The position numbers and the translations under genes are program-made. Below the pieces are notes generated by a model. It saw only the letters and a list, made by a program, of their open reading frames with translations. It was not told the DNA's origin and made no database searches. Of a stretch of 64,000 bases of DNA, positions 40,674 through 50,443 are shown piece by piece. The stretch is from a virus. How positions within the stretch are numbered: position 1 is the first letter of the stretch; every line of letters begins with the position of its first letter. Location of the stretch: the IMG/VR virus record IMGVR_UViG_3300042673_002211, positions 9,231 through 73,230 of that record. One strand, written 5' to 3'.

Positions 40674-40859
40674 ATGAGTAAAAAGGACATGACACTTACG
40701 AGTGTAAAAATCCAAGGTGACTTATTTGATGAATTCAAAATTTCTTGCGTTCGTCACAAATTTTCGTTTCAAAAACTTGCCGACCGCGCAATTCATTTGT
40801 ACCTTACAAATGAAACGTTTAGAAAACAAATCCATAGTCACAACGATTTAGATATTTAA
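40674..40859 (+). CDS. Small putative ribbon-helix-helix DNA-binding protein
   Basis: Beta-strand TLTSVKI then two helices; own late motif at 40637. Confidence 0.55.
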   Translation: MSKKDMTLTSVKIQGDLFDEFKISCVRHKFSFQKLADRAIHLYLTNETFRKQIHSHNDLDI

Positions 40860-40864
40860 AATTT

Positions 40865-42298
40865 ATGAAAGAAGGTTATTTACCAAAAGATCAAAGGAAA
40901 AAAATTCTTTTGATGTGCGATGATATTAGAATGCCATCAGGTATTGGAACAGTAGGAAAAGAATTAATAATTGGGACATCCCATAGATACAATTGGGTAA
41001 ATATTGGAGGAGCTATCCAACACCCTGATGCTGGTAAACGTTTAGATTTAAGTGTTGATACTAATATAAATGCTGGGATTGAAGATTCAAGTGTATTTCT
41101 TTACCCAGTAAATGGTTATGGTGATGCTGCTCTTTTAAGAAATATTATTAGTATTGAAAAACCAGATGCTATTTTCTTAATTACAGATCCACGTTATTGG
41201 GTTTGGTTATTTTCTATTGAAAATGAAATTCGTAAAGAAATTCCTATTGCTTACTTAAATATTTGGGATGACCTCCCAGCCCCATATTATAACCAGGCAT
41301 TTTACGAATCATGCGATGCTTTGTTTGGAATCTCAAAACAAACAGTTAATATTAATAAACTTGTTTTAGGTGATAAAGTTAAAAATAAAATTATTAAGTA
41401 CGTTCCTCATGGTTTAAATCCTAAAGTATATTTTCCAATTGAGAATAAAGAACAAGATAAAGAATTTATTGAATTTAAAAAGCAATTATTTAAAGGTAAA
41501 GAATATGAGTTTGTAGTATTTTTTAACTCTAGAAATATCCGTCGTAAACAAGTACCTGATACTATATTAGCTTTTAGACAATTTGTTGAGGAATTAACCC
41601 CTGAACAAAGGGAAAAAGTAGTACTAATGCTTCATACTGAACCTATTTCGGAACATGGTACTGATCTTTTAGAAGTAATCCAAACACTTTGCCCTTCTTA
41701 TTGTAATATTATCTTTACAGAAGGTAGATATGATAACAAACGAATGAATTATTTATATAATTTATCAGATGTTCAAATTCTACTTACATCAAATGAGGGG
41801 TGGGGTTTATCACTTACAGAAGCACTTTTAGTTGGTAATCCTATTATTGCTAACGTAACAGGTGGAATGCAAGACCAAATGCGCTTTGAATTTGAAGATG
41901 GTACTTGGATTGATTTCGATGCGGATTTCCCTTCAAACCATAGAGGTACCTATAAAAAACATGGTAAATGGGCCTTTCCAGTTTATCCTACGAATAGTTC
42001 AATCCAAGGTTCTCCTCCAACTCCTTATATATTTGATGATAGATGTAGTTGGGAAGATGCATCTGAATGTATTAAAGAAGTTTATAACTTATCCTCTAAA
42101 GAAAGAAAAGTAAGAGGTAAAGCTGGTAGAAAATGGGCTTTATCTAATGAAGCCGGATTCACTCAGGAACACCAAGCAAATCGTATTATTGAAAGTATGG
42201 ATAAGTTATTTTCTATTTGGACTCCTAGAGAAAATTTTGAACTTATTAATGCTAATACCTATCAAAAACCAATTCTAAACCATAAATTAATCTACTAA
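40865..42298 (+). CDS. Glycosyltransferase, GT-B / family 4
   Basis: VPHG, NSRNIRRK, NEGWGLSLTEA, TGG. Confidence 0.9.
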   Translation: MKEGYLPKDQRKKILLMCDDIRMPSGIGTVGKELIIGTSHRYNWVNIGGAIQHPDAGKRLDLSVDTNINAGIEDSSVFLYPVNGYGDAALLRNIISIEKPDAIFLITDPRYWVWLFSIENEIRKEIPIAYLNIWDDLPAPYYNQAFYESCDALFGISKQTVNINKLVLGDKVKNKIIKYVPHGLNPKVYFPIENKEQDKEFIEFKKQLFKGKEYEFVVFFNSRNIRRKQVPDTILAFRQFVEELTPEQREKVVLMLHTEPISEHGTDLLEVIQTLCPSYCNIIFTEGRYDNKRMNYLYNLSDVQILLTSNEGWGLSLTEALLVGNPIIANVTGGMQDQMRFEFEDGTWIDFDADFPSNHRGTYKKHGKWAFPVYPTNSSIQGSPPTPYIFDDRCSWEDASECIKEVYNLSSKERKVRGKAGRKWALSNEAGFTQEHQANRIIESMDKLFSIWTPRENFELINANTYQKPILNHKLIY

Positions 42299-42299
42299 T

Positions 42300-43607
42300 A
42301 TGAGTAAAAATACGTTTTATATAAGTTGCCCGTTTGACACATATAGTGGTTATGGGGCCCGCTCTAGAGATTTAATTAAAGCTATTATAGAATTAGATAA
42401 ATACGATGTTAAATTAATCTCACAACGTTGGGGAAACACACCCTGGGGATTTATCAAAAATAATCCTGAATGGTCATTTTTAAATAATCATCTACATAAC
42501 CACCCTCAATTAACTGAACAACCCGATATTTGGATGCAAATTACAGTTCCAAACGAATTTCAACCCGTTGGTAAATTCAATATTGGTTGTACCGCAGGTA
42601 TGGAAACTACTTTGGTAGATGGGAGTTGGGTAGAAGGAATTAATAGAATGAACATTAATTTAGTCTCCTCAGAACATTCAAAACAATCTTTTCTTAACTC
42701 AACTTATGAAAAAAAACACACTAATGGGCAATCATTGGGTCAGATTAAAGTAGAAAAACCAATTGAAGTATTATTTGAAGGAGCTAACATTGATATTTAC
42801 AAGGTATTAGATATTTTACCTAAAAATGAATTACATAATTCAATTACTTCTCTTCCTGAATCATTTGCTTATTTGTTTGTAGGACATTGGATGCAGGGTG
42901 ATTTAGGTCAAGATAGAAAAAATGTAGGTTTGTTAATTAAAGCTTTCTATGAAACCTTTAAAAATAAAACCAAAAAACCAGCACTCATTTTAAAAACAAG
43001 TGGTTCTGGTGCTTCCTATATGGATCGAAATGAACTTTTAAAAAAGATAAATCAAATTAAAAAAACTGTAGTTTCAACTAATTTACCTAACATTTATCTT
43101 TTACATGGTGAGTTTACTGATATTGAAATGAATCAGTTATATAATCATCCTAAAATAAAAGCTATGGTTAGCTTAACTAAAGGTGAAGGATTTGGCAGAC
43201 CACTTCTTGAATTTAGCTTAACTAAAAAACCAATTATAACTTCGGGATGGTCAGGACATATTGATTTCCTAAACTCAGAATTCACTTCTTTACTCCCTGG
43301 TAGATTGGAAAATGTTCATGATTCCGCGGCTGTACCTAATATGATTCTAAAAGAAAGCCAATGGTTTTCAGTAGATCATGGGGCAATAGGACATTACCTA
43401 AAAGATGTATTTGAAAACTATAAAAAGTATACTAATGGGGCTAAACGTCAGGCATTTAAAAATAAAAAGGAGTTTAGTTGGGAAGCTATGAAAAATAAAG
43501 TAAATGAATTATTTACTCAACATATTCCTGATTTACCTAAAAAGGTAGAACTTAAATTACCTAACTTAAAAAAAATTGAATTACCTAAAAAACTAAAAGT
43601 AGAATAA
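42300..43607 (+). CDS. Glycosyltransferase, GT-B / family 4-like
   Basis: SGYG, DRKN, KGEGFGRPLLE, WSGHIDF. Confidence 0.88.
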   Translation: MSKNTFYISCPFDTYSGYGARSRDLIKAIIELDKYDVKLISQRWGNTPWGFIKNNPEWSFLNNHLHNHPQLTEQPDIWMQITVPNEFQPVGKFNIGCTAGMETTLVDGSWVEGINRMNINLVSSEHSKQSFLNSTYEKKHTNGQSLGQIKVEKPIEVLFEGANIDIYKVLDILPKNELHNSITSLPESFAYLFVGHWMQGDLGQDRKNVGLLIKAFYETFKNKTKKPALILKTSGSGASYMDRNELLKKINQIKKTVVSTNLPNIYLLHGEFTDIEMNQLYNHPKIKAMVSLTKGEGFGRPLLEFSLTKKPIITSGWSGHIDFLNSEFTSLLPGRLENVHDSAAVPNMILKESQWFSVDHGAIGHYLKDVFENYKKYTNGAKRQAFKNKKEFSWEAMKNKVNELFTQHIPDLPKKVELKLPNLKKIELPKKLKVE

Positions 43608-44167
43608 TGGCTCACCCATCACAACAAATATTTTTCCAATCAGTTAAAGAAAAATATCCTTCATTTTTTTCAGATGTAAAAGTATTAGATATTGGATCTT
43701 TAGATATTAATGGTAGTATTAAACATTTATTTAGTGCCCCTTATTATTATATAGGTGTAGATTTATTTGAAGGGAACAATGTTGATGTAGTATGTCCTGG
43801 TCATTTATATGACAGTGGATTCCAGTTTGATGTTGTTACATCAGCTGAATGTTTTGAACATGATTTTTATTATGCTAGAACTATTAATAATATGATTAGG
43901 TTACTAAAATCAGGTGGGTTAATGATATTGACTTGTGCTTCTACTAATAGAGCAGAACACGGTACTTTAAGAACAACACCATCTGATGCTCCTTTTTTAC
44001 AACATATGAATGAAAAATGGGCTAATTATTATAAAAATTTAACCGAAGATGATATAAGAGCAGTTATTGATATTGATAAACATTTTGAAACTAATGAATA
44101 CATGTTTATAGAACAGCCTTGTGGATTTGGAGGAAATGATTTATACTTTTACGGAATTAAAAAATAA
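43607..44167 (+). CDS. SAM-dependent methyltransferase
   Basis: VLDIGSLDING, FDVV...ECFEH, LK.GG. Confidence 0.88.
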   Translation: MAHPSQQIFFQSVKEKYPSFFSDVKVLDIGSLDINGSIKHLFSAPYYYIGVDLFEGNNVDVVCPGHLYDSGFQFDVVTSAECFEHDFYYARTINNMIRLLKSGGLMILTCASTNRAEHGTLRTTPSDAPFLQHMNEKWANYYKNLTEDDIRAVIDIDKHFETNEYMFIEQPCGFGGNDLYFYGIKK

Positions 44168-44179
44168 AAAAATAAAATA

Positions 44180-44626
44180 ATGGATAATTTAATAACATGT
44201 GAACGTTGCGGGTCAGATGCCTGCTATTGCCAAGAAGTAAATTCTGAAATTAAACTCTATCATTGCTATGGTTGTGGATTTATGGCTAACACCGCTATGG
44301 TTAGTGGTTCAGAATTTTTAGAACAACAAATGACTGTACTCCCTGAACTCTATAAAGAATTAATGGGTGAAGACGATAACGGAACTATTTGGATGCCATC
44401 AGTAGTAAACCTTCCAGATAAAGGAATGGTATTTGCTGATGGTCCTAATGGACAAAATTGGAATTGGGGTGCTGTAAAAGCTACTCTTATGTCAGATAAA
44501 GAAAAAGCTAAATTTAAAGCTAAAGGAAAAGAGTACGATTATAAAATGGATATGACTACGCTAAAACATTTTCCTGAACGTGAGTATATGGAAGCCCTTT
44601 CGTACATTGGCGTATTGCCTGAATGA
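44180..44626 (+). CDS. Hypothetical zinc-ribbon protein
   Basis: CERC...C...CYGCG. Confidence 0.6.
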   Translation: MDNLITCERCGSDACYCQEVNSEIKLYHCYGCGFMANTAMVSGSEFLEQQMTVLPELYKELMGEDDNGTIWMPSVVNLPDKGMVFADGPNGQNWNWGAVKATLMSDKEKAKFKAKGKEYDYKMDMTTLKHFPEREYMEALSYIGVLPE

Positions 44627-44627
44627 T

Positions 44628-45254
44628 ATGAAAATAAGTTACGCATTAACGGTCTGTAATGAGCTAGTAGAGATACAGCGACTGCTTCCTTTCTTGATTG
44701 AAAATAAGAGGAAAGAAGATGAGATTGTTATTTTCTATGATTCCAATAATGGAACTAAAGCAGTAGATGAATATCTAAGAAGTATATCATCCGATACCTT
44801 TGCCCAATTCCGTTTTATACATTACCACTTTGATGGGCATTTTGCTAATATGAAGAATGCTTTAACTGAAGCATGCTTAGGTGATTACATATTCCAGATT
44901 GATGCTGATGAGGTACCTAACACACACCTACTTCAATCCCTACCCACCCTTCTAGAGGCTAACCAAATAGAGGTACTTAGAGTACCTAGAGTAAACACAG
45001 TTCATGGTTTAACACCAGAACATACCCAAAAGTGGGGATGGACTGTTGATAATCACGGAAGGGTTAACTGGCCTGATTTACAATGGAGGATCTATGCTAA
45101 TAACGGAAAGATCAAGTGGAAAAATAAAGTACATGAAGTGTTAGAAGGATACCAAACTTATGCTATATTACCTTTAGAAATAGAGTTTAGTTTAAGCCAT
45201 CATAAAGATATTAAGAGACAAGAAAAACAAAATTTATATTATAATACACTATGA
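44628..45254 (+). CDS. Glycosyltransferase family 2
   Basis: ISYALTVCNE, F...KN, IDADE, WPD.Q.R, VHE. Confidence 0.9.
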   Translation: MKISYALTVCNELVEIQRLLPFLIENKRKEDEIVIFYDSNNGTKAVDEYLRSISSDTFAQFRFIHYHFDGHFANMKNALTEACLGDYIFQIDADEVPNTHLLQSLPTLLEANQIEVLRVPRVNTVHGLTPEHTQKWGWTVDNHGRVNWPDLQWRIYANNGKIKWKNKVHEVLEGYQTYAILPLEIEFSLSHHKDIKRQEKQNLYYNTL

Positions 45255-45664
45255 GCGACCGAAAATATCTACCAACATTAAGTGAATTAATCGATAGATT
45301 AAGTATTACACAACTAAAAGAAGTATTTATTATAGAACACAAAGCAGAATATGCAGCTGAAATAGCTGACATTGTGCATGATATTCAGTTACATCTTAAC
45401 GAAAGTAAAGAACCAATTACAGCTGATACAATCAGAGCAATTGTAGTATTATCTCAAATGAACTTACACATTTGGCATAACGAATCAAATGTAAGAAGTG
45501 GTAAATCTGGGGCAAATGCTTTAGTATTAACTCATGGTTTAAACGGTATTCGCAATACTGCTAAAAACCAAATTCAAGAGGTAATGGGTGGACGTAAAGA
45601 CTATAAAATTGATTGTTTAGCAGCAGATTTTAAAGATTGGGAAATTTCTTGGAAAAACAAATAA
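45251..45664 (+). CDS. Helical hypothetical protein of the glycosylation cluster
   Basis: ELIDRLSI..LK, N..IW..E...R, N..R...KN.I pattern. Confidence 0.55.
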   Translation: MSDRKYLPTLSELIDRLSITQLKEVFIIEHKAEYAAEIADIVHDIQLHLNESKEPITADTIRAIVVLSQMNLHIWHNESNVRSGKSGANALVLTHGLNGIRNTAKNQIQEVMGGRKDYKIDCLAADFKDWEISWKNK

Positions 45665-45667
45665 ACA

Positions 45668-46549
45668 ATGAAAGTATTTTGCGACTTTAAAACACCAGGA
45701 TATTTTGATTATTATATTGAAAGATATAAAAATTATCCTATTGATTTATATGTTGATTATACTAATATCACAAATTTAGATAAAGATAGAATAAATATAT
45801 TTTTATTGCATGAACCAAATGAATTCTTTGGTATTCATACTTGGGTATGTCATAATTATCATCACTTCCACGCTATTATATCTTGGAATAAAGATGTATT
45901 AAATTATTGTTCTAACGCAATTGAATTTCAGTGTAGTTGGAGAGAAAATGATAATCGTGCTTTTGAATTTTTAGGTAAAAAAAAGTTTGAAGTATCCTAT
46001 TTATGTGGAACTAAAAACTTAACTGAAGGACATCAGCTTAGACAAAAAATATACACTCAATTAAAAAATAAAATTAAAATTCCTAATAAGTGGTATTATG
46101 TATTAGATGATTTTGATCATAAAACAGGTACACGCCCGGGATATGCTGAATATTCTAAAGACTTATCCCATGTTCCTATTGAATACAAAAATGACCCTCT
46201 ATTTTATGGTAAAAAATTCCTATATAAAAATACGATGTTTAGTATTGGGGTTGAAAACCTAAAACAAGAAAACTGGTTAAATGATAGAGGATGGTCGTGT
46301 TTTGCTTCTAAAGTTATTCCAATATACTGGGGATGCCCTAATTTAGAAGAATTTGGATATGATGAGAGAGGTATTATTAGGTTTAATAATGTAGAAGAAT
46401 TATCATATATACTAGATAATTTAACCGAAAAAGACTACTATGATAGGTTACCTTATATTGAATATAACTACCAGGTAAATAAACAAGATACTATCCAAAA
46501 TAAATTAAATTACATCCTAGATGAAATAATTAAACTAAATAACATATGA
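45668..46549 (+). CDS. Glycosyltransferase family 10-like (fucosyltransferase-type)
   Basis: FSIGVEN...NW, IPIYWGCPN. Confidence 0.75.
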   Translation: MKVFCDFKTPGYFDYYIERYKNYPIDLYVDYTNITNLDKDRINIFLLHEPNEFFGIHTWVCHNYHHFHAIISWNKDVLNYCSNAIEFQCSWRENDNRAFEFLGKKKFEVSYLCGTKNLTEGHQLRQKIYTQLKNKIKIPNKWYYVLDDFDHKTGTRPGYAEYSKDLSHVPIEYKNDPLFYGKKFLYKNTMFSIGVENLKQENWLNDRGWSCFASKVIPIYWGCPNLEEFGYDERGIIRFNNVEELSYILDNLTEKDYYDRLPYIEYNYQVNKQDTIQNKLNYILDEIIKLNNI

Positions 46550-46622
46550 TAGTTAAAAACAATATTTTAATTAGAGATAGGCATATTAATATAGAAATCT
46601 TAAACCCTATAACCCATTGGTA

Positions 46623-47105
46623 ATGATATTTCCTGAAGTAAAAATATATGCACCAGATGTTTACACTGATTTTAGGGGTGACTTATGGACGTTATGGCAT
46701 AAAGATAAATTTGAACCTAAATTAGATTTTAACCACGATAAAGTATCTACATCAAGACACAATGTATTAAGAGGAATCCACGGCGATAATAAATCGTGGA
46801 AATTAATTACTTGTTTATATGGTGAAATGTATTTTGTAGTCGTTGATAATAGACCTGAATCACCAAACTATTTAAAATGGGATTGGATAATATTAGATGA
46901 TAGAACTAAAAAATCAGTATTAGTACCTCCTATGTTTGGAAATGGATTTCTAGTGTTAAGTAACCATTCAGTATTCCATTATAAATGGGCTTATGATGGT
47001 GAATATGCTGATGTAGGTCAACAATTTACATTAAAATGGAACGATTCACGAATAGGAATAGATTGGCCTATTAATAATCCAATTTTACAAAAACGTGATA
47101 AATAG
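46623..47105 (+). CDS. rmlC: NDP-4-keto-sugar 3,5-epimerase (RmlC family)
   Basis: D.RG, VLRGIHG, K...C..G, VVVD.R..SP.Y, VPP.FGNGF, WND..IGIDWP. Confidence 0.9.
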   Translation: MIFPEVKIYAPDVYTDFRGDLWTLWHKDKFEPKLDFNHDKVSTSRHNVLRGIHGDNKSWKLITCLYGEMYFVVVDNRPESPNYLKWDWIILDDRTKKSVLVPPMFGNGFLVLSNHSVFHYKWAYDGEYADVGQQFTLKWNDSRIGIDWPINNPILQKRDK

Positions 47106-47136
47106 TTGGAAATACAAAATAAATTAATTATATTTA
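47105..47136 (+). promoter_or_regulatory. Putative internal Bacteroidota-type promoter
   Basis: GTTG-N20-TATATTTA. Confidence 0.45.
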
Positions 47137-47150
47137 ACAAAAATAACAAT

Positions 47151-47702
47151 ATGAAAAAAGCACTTATTATTACTTGGGAAAAATTCCAAGATCATGAATT
47201 GATTTACCCTTATTATAGTTTAAAAGAAGCTGGTTACGAAGTAACATTAATGGCTAATAAAGTAGGTAAAATCTGGGGTTCATTAGGTACACACATGCCT
47301 TGTGATGTTGAAACATCTATCTTCTTAGACGAAACAACAAGACAACAATACTTAAATGAATATGAAATCCTACTACTACCAGGGGGAGTTAAAGCACTTG
47401 AAAAAGTAAGACAAGAACAAGGTGTACTACAGTTTATTAGAGAATGGAATACATCTAACAAAACAATATTCTCAGTATGTAATGGGGCCCAATTATTAAT
47501 ATCAGCTAAAATATTACAAGGTAGAACATTATCTGGGTATTATAGTATTGATACTGATATCGAAAATGCGGGTGCAACCTACAGTAGAGGTCCGGTAGTA
47601 GTAGACGGTAATATTATCTCATGTCCACACTATGACTTTATGGGTGATTGGATGAGAACAGCTTATCAAGTACACAACGAAAGAAAAGCAACAAATGAGT
47701 AA
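47151..47702 (+). CDS. DJ-1/PfpI family protein
   Basis: FQDHE..YP, LLLPGG, SVCNG, VVVDGNII. Confidence 0.9.
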   Translation: MKKALIITWEKFQDHELIYPYYSLKEAGYEVTLMANKVGKIWGSLGTHMPCDVETSIFLDETTRQQYLNEYEILLLPGGVKALEKVRQEQGVLQFIREWNTSNKTIFSVCNGAQLLISAKILQGRTLSGYYSIDTDIENAGATYSRGPVVVDGNIISCPHYDFMGDWMRTAYQVHNERKATNE

Positions 47703-48360
47703 TTACAATACAAATATAGTTAAGAAGCCTTGGGGTTATGAATATCTCGCTTACGAAAACGAATATGTCGCTATCTGGTTTTTATATATTAAACATAACC
47801 ATTCTACCTCTTTTCATTGTCATCCTAATAAAACAACAGGATTAATATTATTGGATGGACAAGCTGAAACGTCATTCTTAAACAATACAAATAAGCTCAA
47901 TCCAACTAATAAGATAATGATTCGTAAAGGATTATTTCACTCAACAAAGGCAACTGATGAAAGAGGTGCTTGGATATTTGAAATTGAAACACCAGTTGAT
48001 AAGCAAGATTTAGTTAGATTTAAAGACAGCTACGGCAGAGAAGGTAAACCATACGAAGACGAAACGTTTGAAATACCTAAAGCCGAAGATTGCTTATGGA
48101 TTAAAAACACACCAGAGATATATAACTTTGCTAACTGTATACTTGACGTTAAAAATATTACTGACGTAAATGAATTTACAGATATAGATGATTTATTAAA
48201 CGTGATGTTTCTAAAAGGTGGGTTAGTAACTGACTACGATCAAAAAGTAGCAGGACCTGGAGATATTGTATTATCTTCAACGATTAAAGAATTAACTGAG
48301 GTATTTAAGAAAGTAGATCCTAGTACATTAATAATGATAATAAAACAACAAAATGGCTAA
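47695..48360 (+). CDS. Cupin (mannose-6-phosphate isomerase type II-like)
   Basis: VKKPWGYE, S.H.HP.K, FH, EIETP, D..R..D.YGR. Confidence 0.8.
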   Translation: MSNYNTNIVKKPWGYEYLAYENEYVAIWFLYIKHNHSTSFHCHPNKTTGLILLDGQAETSFLNNTNKLNPTNKIMIRKGLFHSTKATDERGAWIFEIETPVDKQDLVRFKDSYGREGKPYEDETFEIPKAEDCLWIKNTPEIYNFANCILDVKNITDVNEFTDIDDLLNVMFLKGGLVTDYDQKVAGPGDIVLSSTIKELTEVFKKVDPSTLIMIIKQQNG

Positions 48361-48739
48361 TTTTTATCCTCCTGGATATAAAAACGACAGAATAGTAGTT
48401 GCCGTTGATTTTGACGGTGTATTACACAATGCTGATCAAGGTTGGGGTGATGGTACATGCTATGGAAATCCAATTCCTGGATCTATAGACGCTATTAAAA
48501 AACTATCTGAAACCTATGATGTAATCATATTCACAGCTAAAGCAAAACCAGATCGCCCTTTAGTAGACGGTAAAACCGGTACTATGTTAGTAACGGAATG
48601 GTTTCAAAAATATGGTATTATAAATTGTATTAAAGGTATTACTAGCGAAAAACCAAGAGCAGAATTATATATTGATGATAATGGATATCGTTTTCAAAAT
48701 TGGGATGATACTTTAAAATTTGTAGAAAATGAGTTATAG
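48353..48739 (+). CDS. HAD-family phosphatase
   Basis: VDFDGV, FTA, KP.A.LYIDD. Confidence 0.85.
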   Translation: MANFYPPGYKNDRIVVAVDFDGVLHNADQGWGDGTCYGNPIPGSIDAIKKLSETYDVIIFTAKAKPDRPLVDGKTGTMLVTEWFQKYGIINCIKGITSEKPRAELYIDDNGYRFQNWDDTLKFVENEL

Positions 48740-49559
48740 ATTAGACGTTTTTAAAAAAGCATCATTTTGTAGACATTTTGAAAACCAAGTTTATCAAAAT
48801 GCACAAAAGAAACACATTAAGTTTCCTATGTACCTATCAGCAGGACAAGAATATATTCCTGCAAGTATAGCTACTATATTAGAGAAAAAAGGTATTGAAC
48901 CTAATATCTTCATTCAACACAGAGGACATTCAACATACCTTTCATTCAATGCTTCACCCATTGAATTGATTGATGAATTACTAGGTAGAAAAACAGGATG
49001 TGCTGGTGGGATGGGAGGGTCAGCTTCAATTCATTCACACGAAAAGAATATATTTGGCCATGATGGATTAATGGGTAGTCAAGTCCCTATTGCTGTTGGG
49101 CATGCTTATGAAACTCGTAAACCTACAGTTGTAGTAATGGGAGATGCTTCCGCGGAAGAAGATTATGTTATGGGTGCTTTAGGTTGGGCTTCAACTAAAA
49201 ACTTACCTATCCTATTCATAGTAGAAGATAATAACTTATCTATATTAACTGAAAAGAAAGTAAGACGTAACTGGGAAATGGATGATATTGCTAAAGCATT
49301 TAAAATAAAAGCATTTAACATATCAGATGATCCATTAGTGATTAATATGCATCTTAAAGATTATAACTTTGAAGGCCCAATGCTATTAAACATTAATACA
49401 AACAGAAAATATTGGCATTCAGGTGCGGGTCAAGATGAAGATAATTTTGATCGTTACGAAAATGAACTCAAAGCATTAGGAGAAGAAGCAAACCAAATTG
49501 ATTTAGAAAATAAACAATTAGTAGAAAAATTATGGCAACAACAGTTAGAGATACAATAA
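48729..49559 (+). CDS. Thiamine-diphosphate-dependent enzyme, E1 alpha-like subunit
   Basis: YLSAGQE, HRGH, G.GGS..I, GDAS.EE...N motif (IVEDNN). Confidence 0.9.
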   Translation: MSYRLDVFKKASFCRHFENQVYQNAQKKHIKFPMYLSAGQEYIPASIATILEKKGIEPNIFIQHRGHSTYLSFNASPIELIDELLGRKTGCAGGMGGSASIHSHEKNIFGHDGLMGSQVPIAVGHAYETRKPTVVVMGDASAEEDYVMGALGWASTKNLPILFIVEDNNLSILTEKKVRRNWEMDDIAKAFKIKAFNISDDPLVINMHLKDYNFEGPMLLNINTNRKYWHSGAGQDEDNFDRYENELKALGEEANQIDLENKQLVEKLWQQQLEIQ

Positions 49560-50443
49560 AAGAAATTACCCGTAAACATCTTACTACAGATCAAGGTAAA
49601 TGTTATGGTCAATGCCTTACTGCTGTAGGTTGGGTAGGTGGGACTTTACCTGAAATATATGAAGATGGAGGTATGGTTGAATTTTCAATGGCCGATGTTG
49701 CTGGTGGTGCTATTGCTACTGGTATTGCTTTAGCAGGCGGTAGACCTATTTATGTAGTTCGTTATCAAGGATTTCAATGGTATAATTTAGCTTCAGTAGT
49801 TAATTATGCTGCTAAATCTAAAGAAATTTGGAATCGCCCCTGTCCTATCTTTGTAAGAAGTATTGCTATGGAAGGCGGAGTAGGTCCTGTAGCAGGTTCA
49901 TCTCACCACTCAATGGCTCAACGTATGCCTGGAATTAAAGTTATAGCTCCTATGACACCAGGTGAATACCAATCTGCTTATGATTCTTTTATGCTTGATG
50001 ATGATCCTTACTATATTTCAGAACATAGAAAATCCTATGACAACACTGAAGAATTAGAAAATACAATCCACCCAGTAGCTGATTTTACTATATTTCCTAT
50101 TTCTATAACTCGTTTAGAAATGAAAAAGCTAGTTCAATTAGCTGAACAAGAAGGGATTAAATTAAATATTATTCATCAACTTTGGATTAAACCCTTTATA
50201 GTAGAAAATAGTTGGAAAATAGCTTTAGATAATTCTAAATACGGTGGTTTAGTTACAGATGATGATTATGTAGAAGGAACAGCTAGCAGTATAGCTAATG
50301 AGTTAAGCTTGGCAACTAATAAAAGAGTTTATACATTAGGCCTAGAACCACGGACTGCTGGATTTCACCCATCAGTAGATAATTTACCCCCAACAGCTGA
50401 AAAAATACTTGAAAAACTAAAACAAATAAAAAATGGAATATAG
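49532..50443 (+). CDS. Thiamine-diphosphate-dependent enzyme, E1 beta-like subunit
   Basis: G.ALAG.RP, VNYAAK, P.FVR, GP...S.H, PGIKV.AP, DDDP...EH. Confidence 0.85.
   Translation: MATTVRDTIKEITRKHLTTDQGKCYGQCLTAVGWVGGTLPEIYEDGGMVEFSMADVAGGAIATGIALAGGRPIYVVRYQGFQWYNLASVVNYAAKSKEIWNRPCPIFVRSIAMEGGVGPVAGSSHHSMAQRMPGIKVIAPMTPGEYQSAYDSFMLDDDPYYISEHRKSYDNTEELENTIHPVADFTIFPISITRLEMKKLVQLAEQEGIKLNIIHQLWIKPFIVENSWKIALDNSKYGGLVTDDDYVEGTASSIANELSLATNKRVYTLGLEPRTAGFHPSVDNLPPTAEKILEKLKQIKNGI

Noticed and set aside
46546-46623. 25-codon ORF coupled between the GT10-like gene and rmlC
   Set aside because: Too short to support as a gene; could be a remnant or a translational-coupling spacer.
48729-50443. 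Pyruvate dehydrogenase as a central-metabolism auxiliary gene
   Set aside because: No E2 or E3 nearby, and the pair is embedded among nucleotide-sugar enzymes.
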